Assembly (NCBI GenBank): GCA_951406725.2
Contig: OX597819.1
Span: forward strand, 81,034,001 to 81,098,000
Origin: Octopus vulgaris
Taxonomy: Eukaryota
DNA: 64,000 bases
Direction: 5' to 3'
Shown: in pieces, positions 54,311-64,000 of the stretch
Position numbering within the stretch: the stretch's first letter is position 1
Layout of the letters: each line of letters opens with the position of its first letter
Notes under the pieces: generated by a model
What the model saw: only the letters and a program-made list of their open reading frames with translations
What the model was told of the DNA's origin: nothing
Databases searched by the model: none
Made by a program: the position numbers and the translations under genes

Positions 54311-54818
54311 GGCAGAGAAAAGTAGTGAAAAGCAGTGAAGCCTTTTCGTGGTTGCTGACCTGTTAGAAGTAGTAGTCAAACATTCTTCCGATGACATACC
54401 ATTGTCATAAAAAAGGAAATGAAATAAGAAAAAGAACGGATGTGTAGTCCTGGAAACACAAAAAGGACAGGATGGTCACGGCTAGAACATAGCAACTAGT
54501 TTCGATAGGCGTCCACAACCGCCTGCTAGTCGGGCAATACCGTAGGCCGAAGTTCCACTCTAGCTTTCTATAGAGGATAAGTGGCGGCAATGTTGCCAGG
54601 GAAACCTTGAGCGTCGAAGAAAATCATCTGGCTATGCTGTTCTTGGGGACTTTCGGTCCATGAATTATTTTCAGAAATCCCTTCTAATAGATCAGCAACC
54701 ACGAAAAGGCTTCACTAGTTTTCTCTGCCACGATGACGACGACAACCTCAACAACCACGACAAAAATGGGGGAGGAGGAGGAGGAGAAGGGGTGATGATG
54801 ATGATGATGATGATGACG
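54215..54818. repeat. Inverted duplication, ~140-150 bp arms, ~310 bp spacer
   Basis: GTGGCAGAGAAAA..GTGAAGCCTTTTCGTGGTTGCTGACCTGTTAGAAG versus CTTCTAATAGATCAGCAACCACGAAAAGGCTTCAC..TTTTCTCTGCCAC. Confidence 0.9.
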
Positions 54819-55099
54819 ATGCTGCTAAGAGGCATTGCCAGTTCGGAATAAACTGTGCACGCACATAAGTACCGTCAGCAAGGCTTGTCTGAGAAGCGCA
54901 CTGAGCGACGAAGCTGTCCTGCCTGCACTCGTTTAGTTCTTGAGCATTAATGACTTATGGAGTTATGATGAACACCTGCTGTCGCGTGTAGGACGAATCC
55001 GGCAATCAGCTGAATCCAATGTGAAGATCATCCCCCACTCACTTTCTGTGGTCGGGAAAGATAGGCAACTTTCATGCTTGGTGGTTTGGCGAAAGAGGT

Positions 55100-55565
55100 C
55101 CAATACTGTGATGTTGATTGAAGATACTGTGTGTGCTGGGGATTTGGACAGTCTGTTAAATCACAACAAAGACCTCAGACAGGCAGTGCTTTACGCAGTT
55201 CTAAGTAAAGCCGATTTTTACTACTCACCAAGATTATAGGGTATTTCTAAAGTGTCCAGATGTTTGTTTAGGCTGGATGGTGTTGAACCCAATGTTCCGA
55301 TGACAACAGGAATAACCTTTATGTTTGAGTCTTGCTGCTGCCACATCTTGGCGATCTTGATTTTCAGGTCTCCATATTTGTCAACTTTTTCTCTTTCATT
55401 CATAATTTGTTGATCTCCTAGTACTGCCACGCCGATTATTAAACACTCTTGCTTTTCTTACCTAAAGACTACTATATCCAGCTTTCGGTGCTCTAACACC
55501 TTGTCTGTTTGGAAGTCAAAGTCTCAGAGGATCTTTGCCTTCTAGTTTTCATCCATTGCCCTTTC
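55100..55565 (-). mobile_element. R4/Dong-clade C-terminal restriction-like endonuclease fragment
   Basis: KIL*DFDFQTDKVLEHRKLDIVV..EKVDKYGDLKIKIAKMW..VIPVVIGTLG. Confidence 0.8.
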
Positions 55566-57443
55566 CGCAACAAATACCGCCAACTCAACTTTGCCTTTCA
55601 TCCTTCCGGGCCGGTAAAATAAAGTACCAGTCAAGTAATAGGCGATGTAATCAAAATAAATTTTCTCCCACCAAAATCTTAAATTATTTCTATTAATGTT
55701 TTTCAACGAGAGCTGACTTATTTATGTCAGTTCTTTCTGTAAGTTTTGCATAAAGCCGGATCTTTCAAAATTCGAAGAATTTTTACATGTATGAATCTGT
55801 TTACAAAGCTACCGAATCTTCATTCAGTTTATTCTGGGTCCATTTTATCAAAATTAAAAAGTCGATGATAGAATTCTATCGAACATCTTTCATTTTTCTT
55901 GGATAGATTCTTTTCGTTTAGGGATTAACATCATCTTCGGAAAATGTATTAAGTATGTTTTAAAGTGGTGAGCTAGCTGAATCGTTAGCACGCAGGACAA
56001 AATGCTCCACGGCGTTTTGACCGTCTTTATGTTCTGATTTAAAATTCCGCCGACGTCGATTTTACCTTTTATTCTTTTGGGCTCGATAAAATAAGTAAAG
56101 GTTGAGGACTGGGATCGATGTAATCGACTTTCTCGCCCCCGGAAATTGTTGGTCTTTTGCCAAAATTTGAAACCAATACTTTTGCATGTTTTAAGGTGGT
56201 GAACTGGTCCAATCGGTTACACGCCATACAAAATGCTTAACTGCATTTCACTTACCTTTACGTTCTGAGCCCAAATTACGCCGAGGTCGACTTTGCCTTT
56301 CAACCTTTCAGGGTCGATAAAATAAGTATCAGTAAGTATCAGTTGATCATTGGAGTTTATTTGATCCACTTATTCCGTTCCCCGAAATTGCTGGTATTTT
56401 GCCAAAATTTCAAACCGCTATTTTTCATGCTTTGCCGCTTAACCTCCACTCGTTTTACAAGGCAAGGATTTTTCCTTATTCAATTGCCTTTTCATTAAAA
56501 TAATATATTGTAAAACATTTTGACATTGCTTTTATTTGACTTCATCCATAATGGTGTCGAGCTAACAGAGCAACGCCTTCCAAAGTGACAAATTCATTTC
56601 TACGACCCCAATACAAAAATATAAAACCAAATCTCCCAAACAAAAACTAAAACAAACGTTATCTCTTTGGACCGCAGCCATACTGGAGCACCGCCTTGAA
56701 AGGTTTAATAATAAAAAGAAGTCAAATCGTCCCCAGTACTTTTTTTTAAAGTCTGGTACTTATTTTATCGGCATTTTTTACCGAACCGCTGAGTTATGAG
56801 GACATAAACAAGCCAACATTAGTTTTGAAGCGATAGGACATACACAAAGACATACATACAGCGGGCTTCTTCACAGTTTCCGTCAACTAAATTCAGTCAC
56901 AGAATATTGTTCCACCCAAGTAGAAGAAACTTATTGCACAGTGAGACAAAACGCAAAACAACGGGGTCACAAAGCGAGTTTCTTAACCACACTGTCATGT
57001 TTACTCTTCTTTCTTTTTTTTTTTTAAAATTATTTATTGAATGATTTCCAATAATAATTCAGTGACGAAGATAACAAAAGAAAAAAACAAACAAACAAAA
57101 TAAAATAGAATAAAACAATAACATTGAAACTCACACACCGACACAAACGTCACACAGCAGAAATGTACAAATAGATGCATACTTTTCTACCAAATTTCTC
57201 AGTTTTGCTCTTATTGCCATGAAACCATTCAAACCATTGATATAGATGTGTAGTCAGAAACGGATCAGTGGCAAAGTCATTCTTTTCTAGGATTCCCAAA
57301 CACCTTGCTCAAAGGATTCAACTAGGAGCGAGTATTAAGAAAAATCTTTGCCTAACGAAAAGAGAGGAATTTTCTCGGTGACCTCGAAGAGATTAAACAA
57401 AAAAAGGGTATAACAAATGTCCGGATTAAACACTCATCTTACT

Positions 57444-58193
57444 TGGCAGAAACGTTAGCACACCAGACAAAATGCTTAGCGGTATTTCGTCTGCCGTTAC
57501 GTTCAGAGTTCAAATTCCGCTGAGGTCGACTTTGCCTTTCATCCTTTCGGGGTCGATAAATTAAATACCAGTTACGCACTGGGGTCGATGTAATCGACTT
57601 AATCCGTCTGTCTGTCCTTGTTTGTCTCCTTCGTGTTTAGCCCCTTGTGGGTAGTAAAGAAATAGGTATTTCGTTCGCCTTTACATTTTGAGTTCAAAAC
57701 GGGTTCGATAAAATAAGTACCAGTCAAGCACTGGATTCGATGAAATCGTCTTACACCCTCCACCAAAATTTCAGGCATTGTGCTTATAGTAGAAAGTATT
57801 ATTCTTTTCTACTCAAGGCACAAGTTCCGAAATTTTGGGGGAGGGGGCCAGTCGATTAGATCGACCTCAGTATACAATTAGTACTTAATTTACCGAACCC
57901 GAAAGGCAAAGTCAACCTCGGCGGAATTTGAATTCAGAACGTAGCAGCAGACGAAATACCTATTTCCTTACTACCCACAAGGGGCTAAACACAGAGGGGG
58001 ACAAACAAGGACAGACAAACGGATTAAGTCGATTATACCGACCCCAGTGCGTAACTGGTACTTATTTAATCGACCCCGAAATGATGAAAGGCAAAGTCGA
58101 CCTCGGCGGAATTTGAACTCAGAACGTAGCGACAGGCGAAATACAGTTACGCATTTCGCCCGGCGTGCTAATGGTTCTGCCAACTCGCCGCCT
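57444..58193. mobile_element. Two SINE family B dimers tail-to-tail (+ 57444-57800, - 57804-58193)
   Basis: The minus-strand dimer is flanked by a 17-bp TSD TAGTAGAAAGTATTATT (57787-57803, 58194-58210). Monomers or fragments also at ~350-657, 4800-5100, 26630-26820, 38877-39012, 43735-43945, 49091-49306, 55965-56415, 58220-58410. Confidence 0.85.
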
Positions 58194-59317
58194 TAGTAGA
58201 AAGTATTATTACAAAGTGTTGAGCAGGCAGAATCATTAGCTCTTTGGACAAAATACTTCTCTTCCTCCTTTTTACGTTCAAGTTTCAATTCCCATCGAAG
58301 TTAACTTTGCCTTTGATCCTTTTGTGGTCAATGAAATAAAGTACTAGTCAAGTACTTAGATCACTGTAATGAATTTCATTAACAAACTTCTGGATTTGTA
58401 TCAGAATTAGAATTGCACACACAATACTGGAGAAAAATTGGATTTTACCACGTTCATTTCAGGATGATTTTAACACCAAAAGACGTTAGAATGCTTGATC
58501 ATGTCTCTAGTAACATGGAGTGAAAAAGTAAGGGTTTTTTTTCTTATATTTTCAAATTTGCTTAAAAATTTCTTTTCTAATGATTCAGTGTGGTAAGCTT
58601 TGAGGAGGAAGTGGGAAGAAGTGCAAACCACAAATTGGTAGCAGCGAATACTCTTCAACTAACAATAAAATACTTTAATATGTGTCAAAGTTTTGAAACA
58701 GAAGATAATTAGAAAACGATAAACAGAAAAAATAGTTATATAGACAAATATTTTGTTCATAATCTTTGACAAATACGCAAGAAAAGTATCGAGACAGCCA
58801 AAATTTAAACAATGAAAGCAACAATAGCAATCAACTTTTTGCTAGCGTTTGCCGCTCAAATTTTGAAAAAAATAAAATGTAACATATGCCACAAAAGGTG
58901 GGTCTTCTTTGCTTAATGAAGAAAGTGCAGAAGTAAAGGTGACGTACGTCTGCTCCTTGGGAAAATGAGTGATCGGAGGGGTTTCCATATACGGTCGAAG
59001 GAGTAATTAGAGAATACCTTGGCTGTGCGTGGAACGATGTGTCCATCGACCGAAGCGGCGTGAATGGAAGTGTATCTGGTTTTTAAGAGTAAAGACCGGG
59101 CAAGATATCAAATGGAAATAGAGTACCGCATACCTGCCTAAAGCTGATACTGCAATTTATGAGAAGAAATACACAATGCTTTGAGAGGCTTTGATTTTTT
59201 GGCTAGTTGAATTCTTTTTCTATAGCATACTGAGACCTACAGGGATTAATTATTTTAAAAGTCTTTTGTAGAAGACGGAATCTATGTTGAAAGATTTCAC
59301 AGGAGAAACAAAATTCA

Positions 59318-59662
59318 AGGACATGGTGGCATGATCAGAGACATTTATTTGACCATCACGAATGAGAAATAACCAGCACACAGTCCAGAGCGATGTCAAA
59401 GAAGTGCACACTCTTGGTAGGGTCTCCTATGCTGGACAGATCAAGCGACTAATATGGACCACATCCTTTTAGAGATTAAAATGGAGTTTGTATAAGCCCA
59501 TCACCGCTTACAGATGCATTGGTGACAAGTTAAAACCAAAAGAATAAAAAAAAAGAAAAGAAAACCTAAGAGAGGAAAACAGCCTAGAGTCGAGGATAAT
59601 AGAGAAATGTCATCGATCTCCTATGCCCCATAGGTAGTGACGGTCTTAAGTAAAGTGAAGTA
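59318..59662 (+). mobile_element. Second short RTE-derived element (5' UTR + 3' end)
   Basis: TGGTAGGGTCTCCTATGCTGGACAGATCAA, then CCTATGCCCCATAGG..TTAAGTAAAGTGAAGTA tail. Confidence 0.55.
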
Positions 59663-59979
59663 TTGCGGAATAAGTAGAATGACTGCATTACATAATGCTT
59701 CATGTGGTCGAAGAGCTCAATTTAACAGAAATTTTAACTACCATATCCAGAAAATCAAGTAACGACGTACAGACTCCCGAGCCAGCTTGGTTATTTGAAC
59801 AGTGAAAGGTGGAAATGACGAGAAGAGAAATGGCAGCAACGAAGAAATGGGAGAAGAGGCAATGTGGAGATGTGAAACAACACTGGTGGTAATGGTGGTA
59901 GCAGGGGTGATAGATGGACGAAAGGGAAAATAAAAAAGAAGAGAAGAGAGCGAGTAGACAGAAATTTGAGAGAGCGAGC

Positions 59980-60023
<44 letters not shown>

Positions 60024-61085
60024 AGTAGGCGAGAAATGAAGTGAGATAAAAGAAATGCGATGTTGTGAGGAAAGTGAATGTGGAGGACTTAGAGAGAAAA
60101 ATAGAGGATGCGATGCGGAGAAGTTAAAAGGATTGGAGATGATTTAGATTAGAGGGAAAGATAAGAAGGGGAAGAGGGGGAAAGGAGAGCGTGTATAAAA
60201 AGGAGAGTGGGGGAGAGGGATGTAGAAGGAGAGAGAAAAGTGAAAGCGAACTACAGAAAAACCAAGATGGGAAGGGGAGTGTAGTATTCGATTGATCGAG
60301 AAAAAATTTAAAGATAGAGACAGTAACAGAGAAAGGGAAAAGTGGTGAAGAAGCGGCAAGATGAGGTTGGTTAGAGAAAACACACAGGATGATATGAGGA
60401 GCGATGGGAAGTGACAAAATTGTGCAGAGTCAAATGGGAAGAGGCGAGAGAAAACAAGAGCAATAAACATATTTGTTAGATATTAATGGATGAAAAATAA
60501 CAAGCAGAAAGGAAATAAGAATATTTTTCATGGAAGAAATATAAAAGAACAGATGTCAGTAAATAGTTCTGAAACACATACACGTATTTGACACCACATA
60601 CACGCATATTCATATGTAACTCTTATAGTCCTCTCACACGCATAGACATTACACACGCACTGAAACGCTCGTGCATGTGTGTGTGCGTGCCTGTGTGTCT
60701 GTTCGTACATTGTTCATGCATTTGTGAGATCGTGATGTTATGTGAAGCCATCAGTTTTTCTAGACGGGGTCTCTTTGTGTCATGATTATTAAGTGCAAGT
60801 ATATTAAACGCAGTATATTAATTCATTTACAAACATCGACAAATACGCTGTGTCATTTCTTAAACACGTATAAAAGGGCTTGCTACCTACATTCCAGTTT
60901 GTTCTTGTATGCATATGTCTGATGTATGTTTTCGAAAGAAGGCTGTGGCTATAACACAATTTCTTAACGTTGTGTACTGTTTGCATTACGTATAATGTAA
61001 TATGCTTCGTGATATCTATGCTTCGTGGAGTACTTATACATACATACATACATACATACATACATACATACATACATACATACAT

Positions 61086-61116
<31 letters not shown>

Positions 61117-61145
61117 TACACACACGCACACACATACATACATAT

Positions 61146-61205
<60 letters not shown>

Positions 61206-61446
61206 GTAAAATAATATGTGACAATTATTCAATAGCCAAGATAAAAGATGGTGTTGTGGATTTCCACCTCGGCATCTTGGCTATTGAATAATTGTCACAT
61301 ATTATTTTACAGATAAATTTCCTCTATTTACATAATATTGAGGTCTCTTTCTTTCTTTTGTTATCTTACCGTTTTTACCAATATATATATATATATATGG
61401 TAAATGAAAGAAGGAAAAGAGGAATATACCAGAATTTTTATTATTA

Positions 61447-61550
61447 ATCACGACAATTGTTTCGTCACATCTAACATCGATCCTCAACGGGTGGCACACT
61501 TAAAATCTGGTTAAGGAGCATCCGGCGGTACAGATGTCTCATCGGGTGAT
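61447..61550 (-). ncRNA. Type I hammerhead ribozyme-like motif (U4C core variant) with extended stem II
   Basis: Minus strand ATCAC-CCGATGA-GACATCT...AGATGTGAC-GAAAC-AATT-GTC-GTGAT. Confidence 0.6.
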
Positions 61551-62055
61551 AAATAGATACAACTCGTTAAAATAACAGTTCCGCAGTATATCTTTACATT
61601 TCGTAGAAAGAAAAGCAGCGAAATGAAGGAAATATCTTCATTTATATCGAAGATCAAAAATAAAATCACAGATTCAAAAATGAAACGAACACGCAATACA
61701 AGGAGAAAAGTATTAAAAATAACTGTTAACAGATATGGATGTATAAACGGCCTTGCGCAATTTGCATGACGCGTGCTCATACAAGCATCCGCGAAAATGT
61801 AAGCATATGCACACGTGTGGTTTGGCGCATTCACGATCAGAAAGCGAGTTACATAGCTACTTGGAGTTTATAAGTATAGGGAGGTTAAAGCTAAACTTAA
61901 TTCATACATACCTTAAAAGGAATTATCTAAACAGTTACTCAAATTCATTCCCACTGAATTGTGCGAAAATACATTTATATCTCCATGTAAAATCCATGTA
62001 AAATTCTTCTCTATTAAATTGGGTATTGAGCCAGTGAAAGATCGGATGTTTTCAT

Positions 62056-62141
<86 letters not shown>

Positions 62142-62145
<4 letters not shown>

Positions 62146-62372
62146 TAAGTAATTAAGGGTTTAGCAACGAATTGCCTCACCAACACACCGAATTTAGAAA
62201 TAGCAGTCAAAGAGATATAGCTATTCCTTCCACTAAAAGGGGGATCTCAGTAAAAACACAGCACTGAGATCCCCCTTTTAGTAGAAGGAATAGCTATATC
62301 TCTTTGACTGCTATTTCTAAATTCGGTGTGTTGGTGAGGCAATTCGTTGCTAAACCCTTAATTACTTAGTAT
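62142..62372. repeat. Near-perfect palindrome, 110-bp arms, 11-nt loop
   Basis: 62142-62251 is the reverse complement of 62263-62372 with one mismatch. Confidence 0.95.
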
Positions 62373-62469
62373 TACTTAAATTTTCCTCGAATGGGGCTTT
62401 TACATGCCGAAATCTACTTGGTGTAATTGATAATTATTCCAAATTAATTAATTTCACCCTTTATTATTA

Positions 62470-62553
<84 letters not shown>

Positions 62554-62739
62554 TGTATGTATGTATGTATGTATGTATGTATGTATGTATGTGCGTACGT
62601 ATGTATGTACGTACGTATGTATGTATTTATAAAGTGTACTTGGCACATTTTGCCAATCATCTCTCGGAGAACTCTACTCTTCAATTTGAAACATTTTCAT
62701 TGAGAATATGGATTGCTTTTGGAATATAAGTTTTCCAGT

Positions 62740-63735
62740 GACACTGCTTCAAAATGCGATGGACACTGGATTCTGGAGCTCTTAACTAACGACTCGCTAA
62801 TAACTCAAATTTTCTTGAGCACTGGCAATACCCTTCTAGTATATTGTCTTGGCCTAGTGGGCTCTTCGATATTCCCGCTCATATATATATATATGATGCT
62901 AAGATGAATATAGAAATTGAGTCGTGAAGGCAAGCTCTGCTTTCGGTGACCGTTATCACAAGCTTTGGAGTAGCCACGACATATCGTTGAAGGTCGATGT
63001 ATATAAGTCGGGGGTCTTGACAACATTGCTTTATGATGCTGAATCTTGGATTTTGTGCCAAAAGCATATCAATCATTGACACTTTTCATATGCGATGCTT
63101 GCATACGATCGCCAACATTAAACTGATTGACCATATACATAATAAGGAGGTATTGACAATATGCAACATATCAGGTATTGAAGCTATCCTCATCAAAATG
63201 CAAATGGTCAGGTCATCTCTCATGTATAAGTGATATCAGAATTCCGAAGCAATTTCTCTTTGGTCAATTCTCAACAGGAAGGTCAGTTGGACGACCACTC
63301 TTGCACTTTAAAGACAAACTAAAAGGCAATTTGAAGCGATGCAACATTCCCTTTCTTTCTGGGAAAACAAAGCATCAGAATGCAAGACCTCGCGCTAGTC
63401 CTGCTTCTCCTCAGGTCAAAGATTTGAGCAAAGTCGACTCCAACATCAAGATCAACTTCATGCAAGTATGAAGGCACGGTGGTAAAACGCTGCTCCTCTA
63501 AATGGAGCATTGCCTGTCATTGTGTTTTTGTAGCACGAAGCAAAGCAAACATTGCCGTCTACTCAAGAAAACCAATAGTGAATGATCCACAGGCACTCAA
63601 GCAAATTGAGTTCTCAATTTGTCCCATTTGCCAAAAGGTTTGCAAGGCCTCAAGAGACACGTTCGTGTCCATAGAACATGATTAATAATATATTTTACTG
63701 AACCCTCATTTGTCGTCCACGATAGGAGAATCCAT
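62740..63735 (+). mobile_element. RTE (BovB-like) LINE 3' portion, decayed
   Basis: TLLYDAESW, FHMRCL, NKEVL, WSGHL..RIPKQFLFGQ..GRP..FKDKLK, and a CPIC zinc-finger remnant. Confidence 0.85.
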
Positions 63736-64000
63736 AATTTCATATATATATATATGAAATTATGGATTCTCCTATATATATATATATATATTAATCAATA
63801 TAGGGTGGCAAAAAAATTTTGTAGAATTCTTTTGCCACCAGCGGCCTAGTGGGAAAAAATTTAAATAGTCATAAACCATTTTTAAGTTCAACATCACAAT
63901 CAAGGAACGGCCATAATAGGCCATTCACCCACTAGAAATAACAGCCAAAAGCTTCAACCGCAAAATAACATCAATTCCGTAAACCAGGAGAAAATTAAAA

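Noticed and set aside
51354-54366. Poly-S/T/Y/H/I ORFs up to 255 aa
   Set aside because: Trinucleotide microsatellites open on both strands; no domain or credible splice structure.
46789-58183. Recurrent ORFs with LRSEFKFRRGRLCLSSFRGR or KGKVDLGGI
   Set aside because: Translations of the SINE B body, not genes.
58940-59190. Possible old Tx1 ORF1 remnant (YLGCAW..VYLVFKSKDRA)
   Set aside because: Similarity too weak to support by eye.

Overview
AT-rich, microsatellite-laden eukaryotic DNA. The SINE families and repeat style look like an octopus/coleoid cephalopod genome; this is recognition, not a search result. Most ORFs in the track are translations of simple repeats or SINEs. One host gene can be assembled by hand on the minus strand: a 4-exon COX7A2L/SCAF1-like gene of 130 aa (coding exons 27713-27642, 22422-22246, 18112-17974, 14753-14749). 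About 580 bp upstream of its ATG, head-to-head, lies a full-length but disrupted Tx1-clade (L1-like) retrotransposon (~28295-34397). It sits in a (CCAT)/(CTAT) microsatellite behind two further 3'-end stubs of the same family. The rest is relics of Helitron, Penelope, Gypsy, mariner, R4/Dong, RTE and older Tx1 elements, plus many SINEs and MITEs. Most notable: (i) the most abundant SINE ends in a ~50-nt tail homologous to the Tx1 3' end; (ii) that SINE forms multimers joined at two fixed sites in its own head, suggesting a self-targeting Tx1-driven SINE system; (iii) type I hammerhead ribozyme motifs with enlarged stem II, and long palindromes, sit in (TA)n-flanked Penelope-like elements. Repeat boundaries are approximate.
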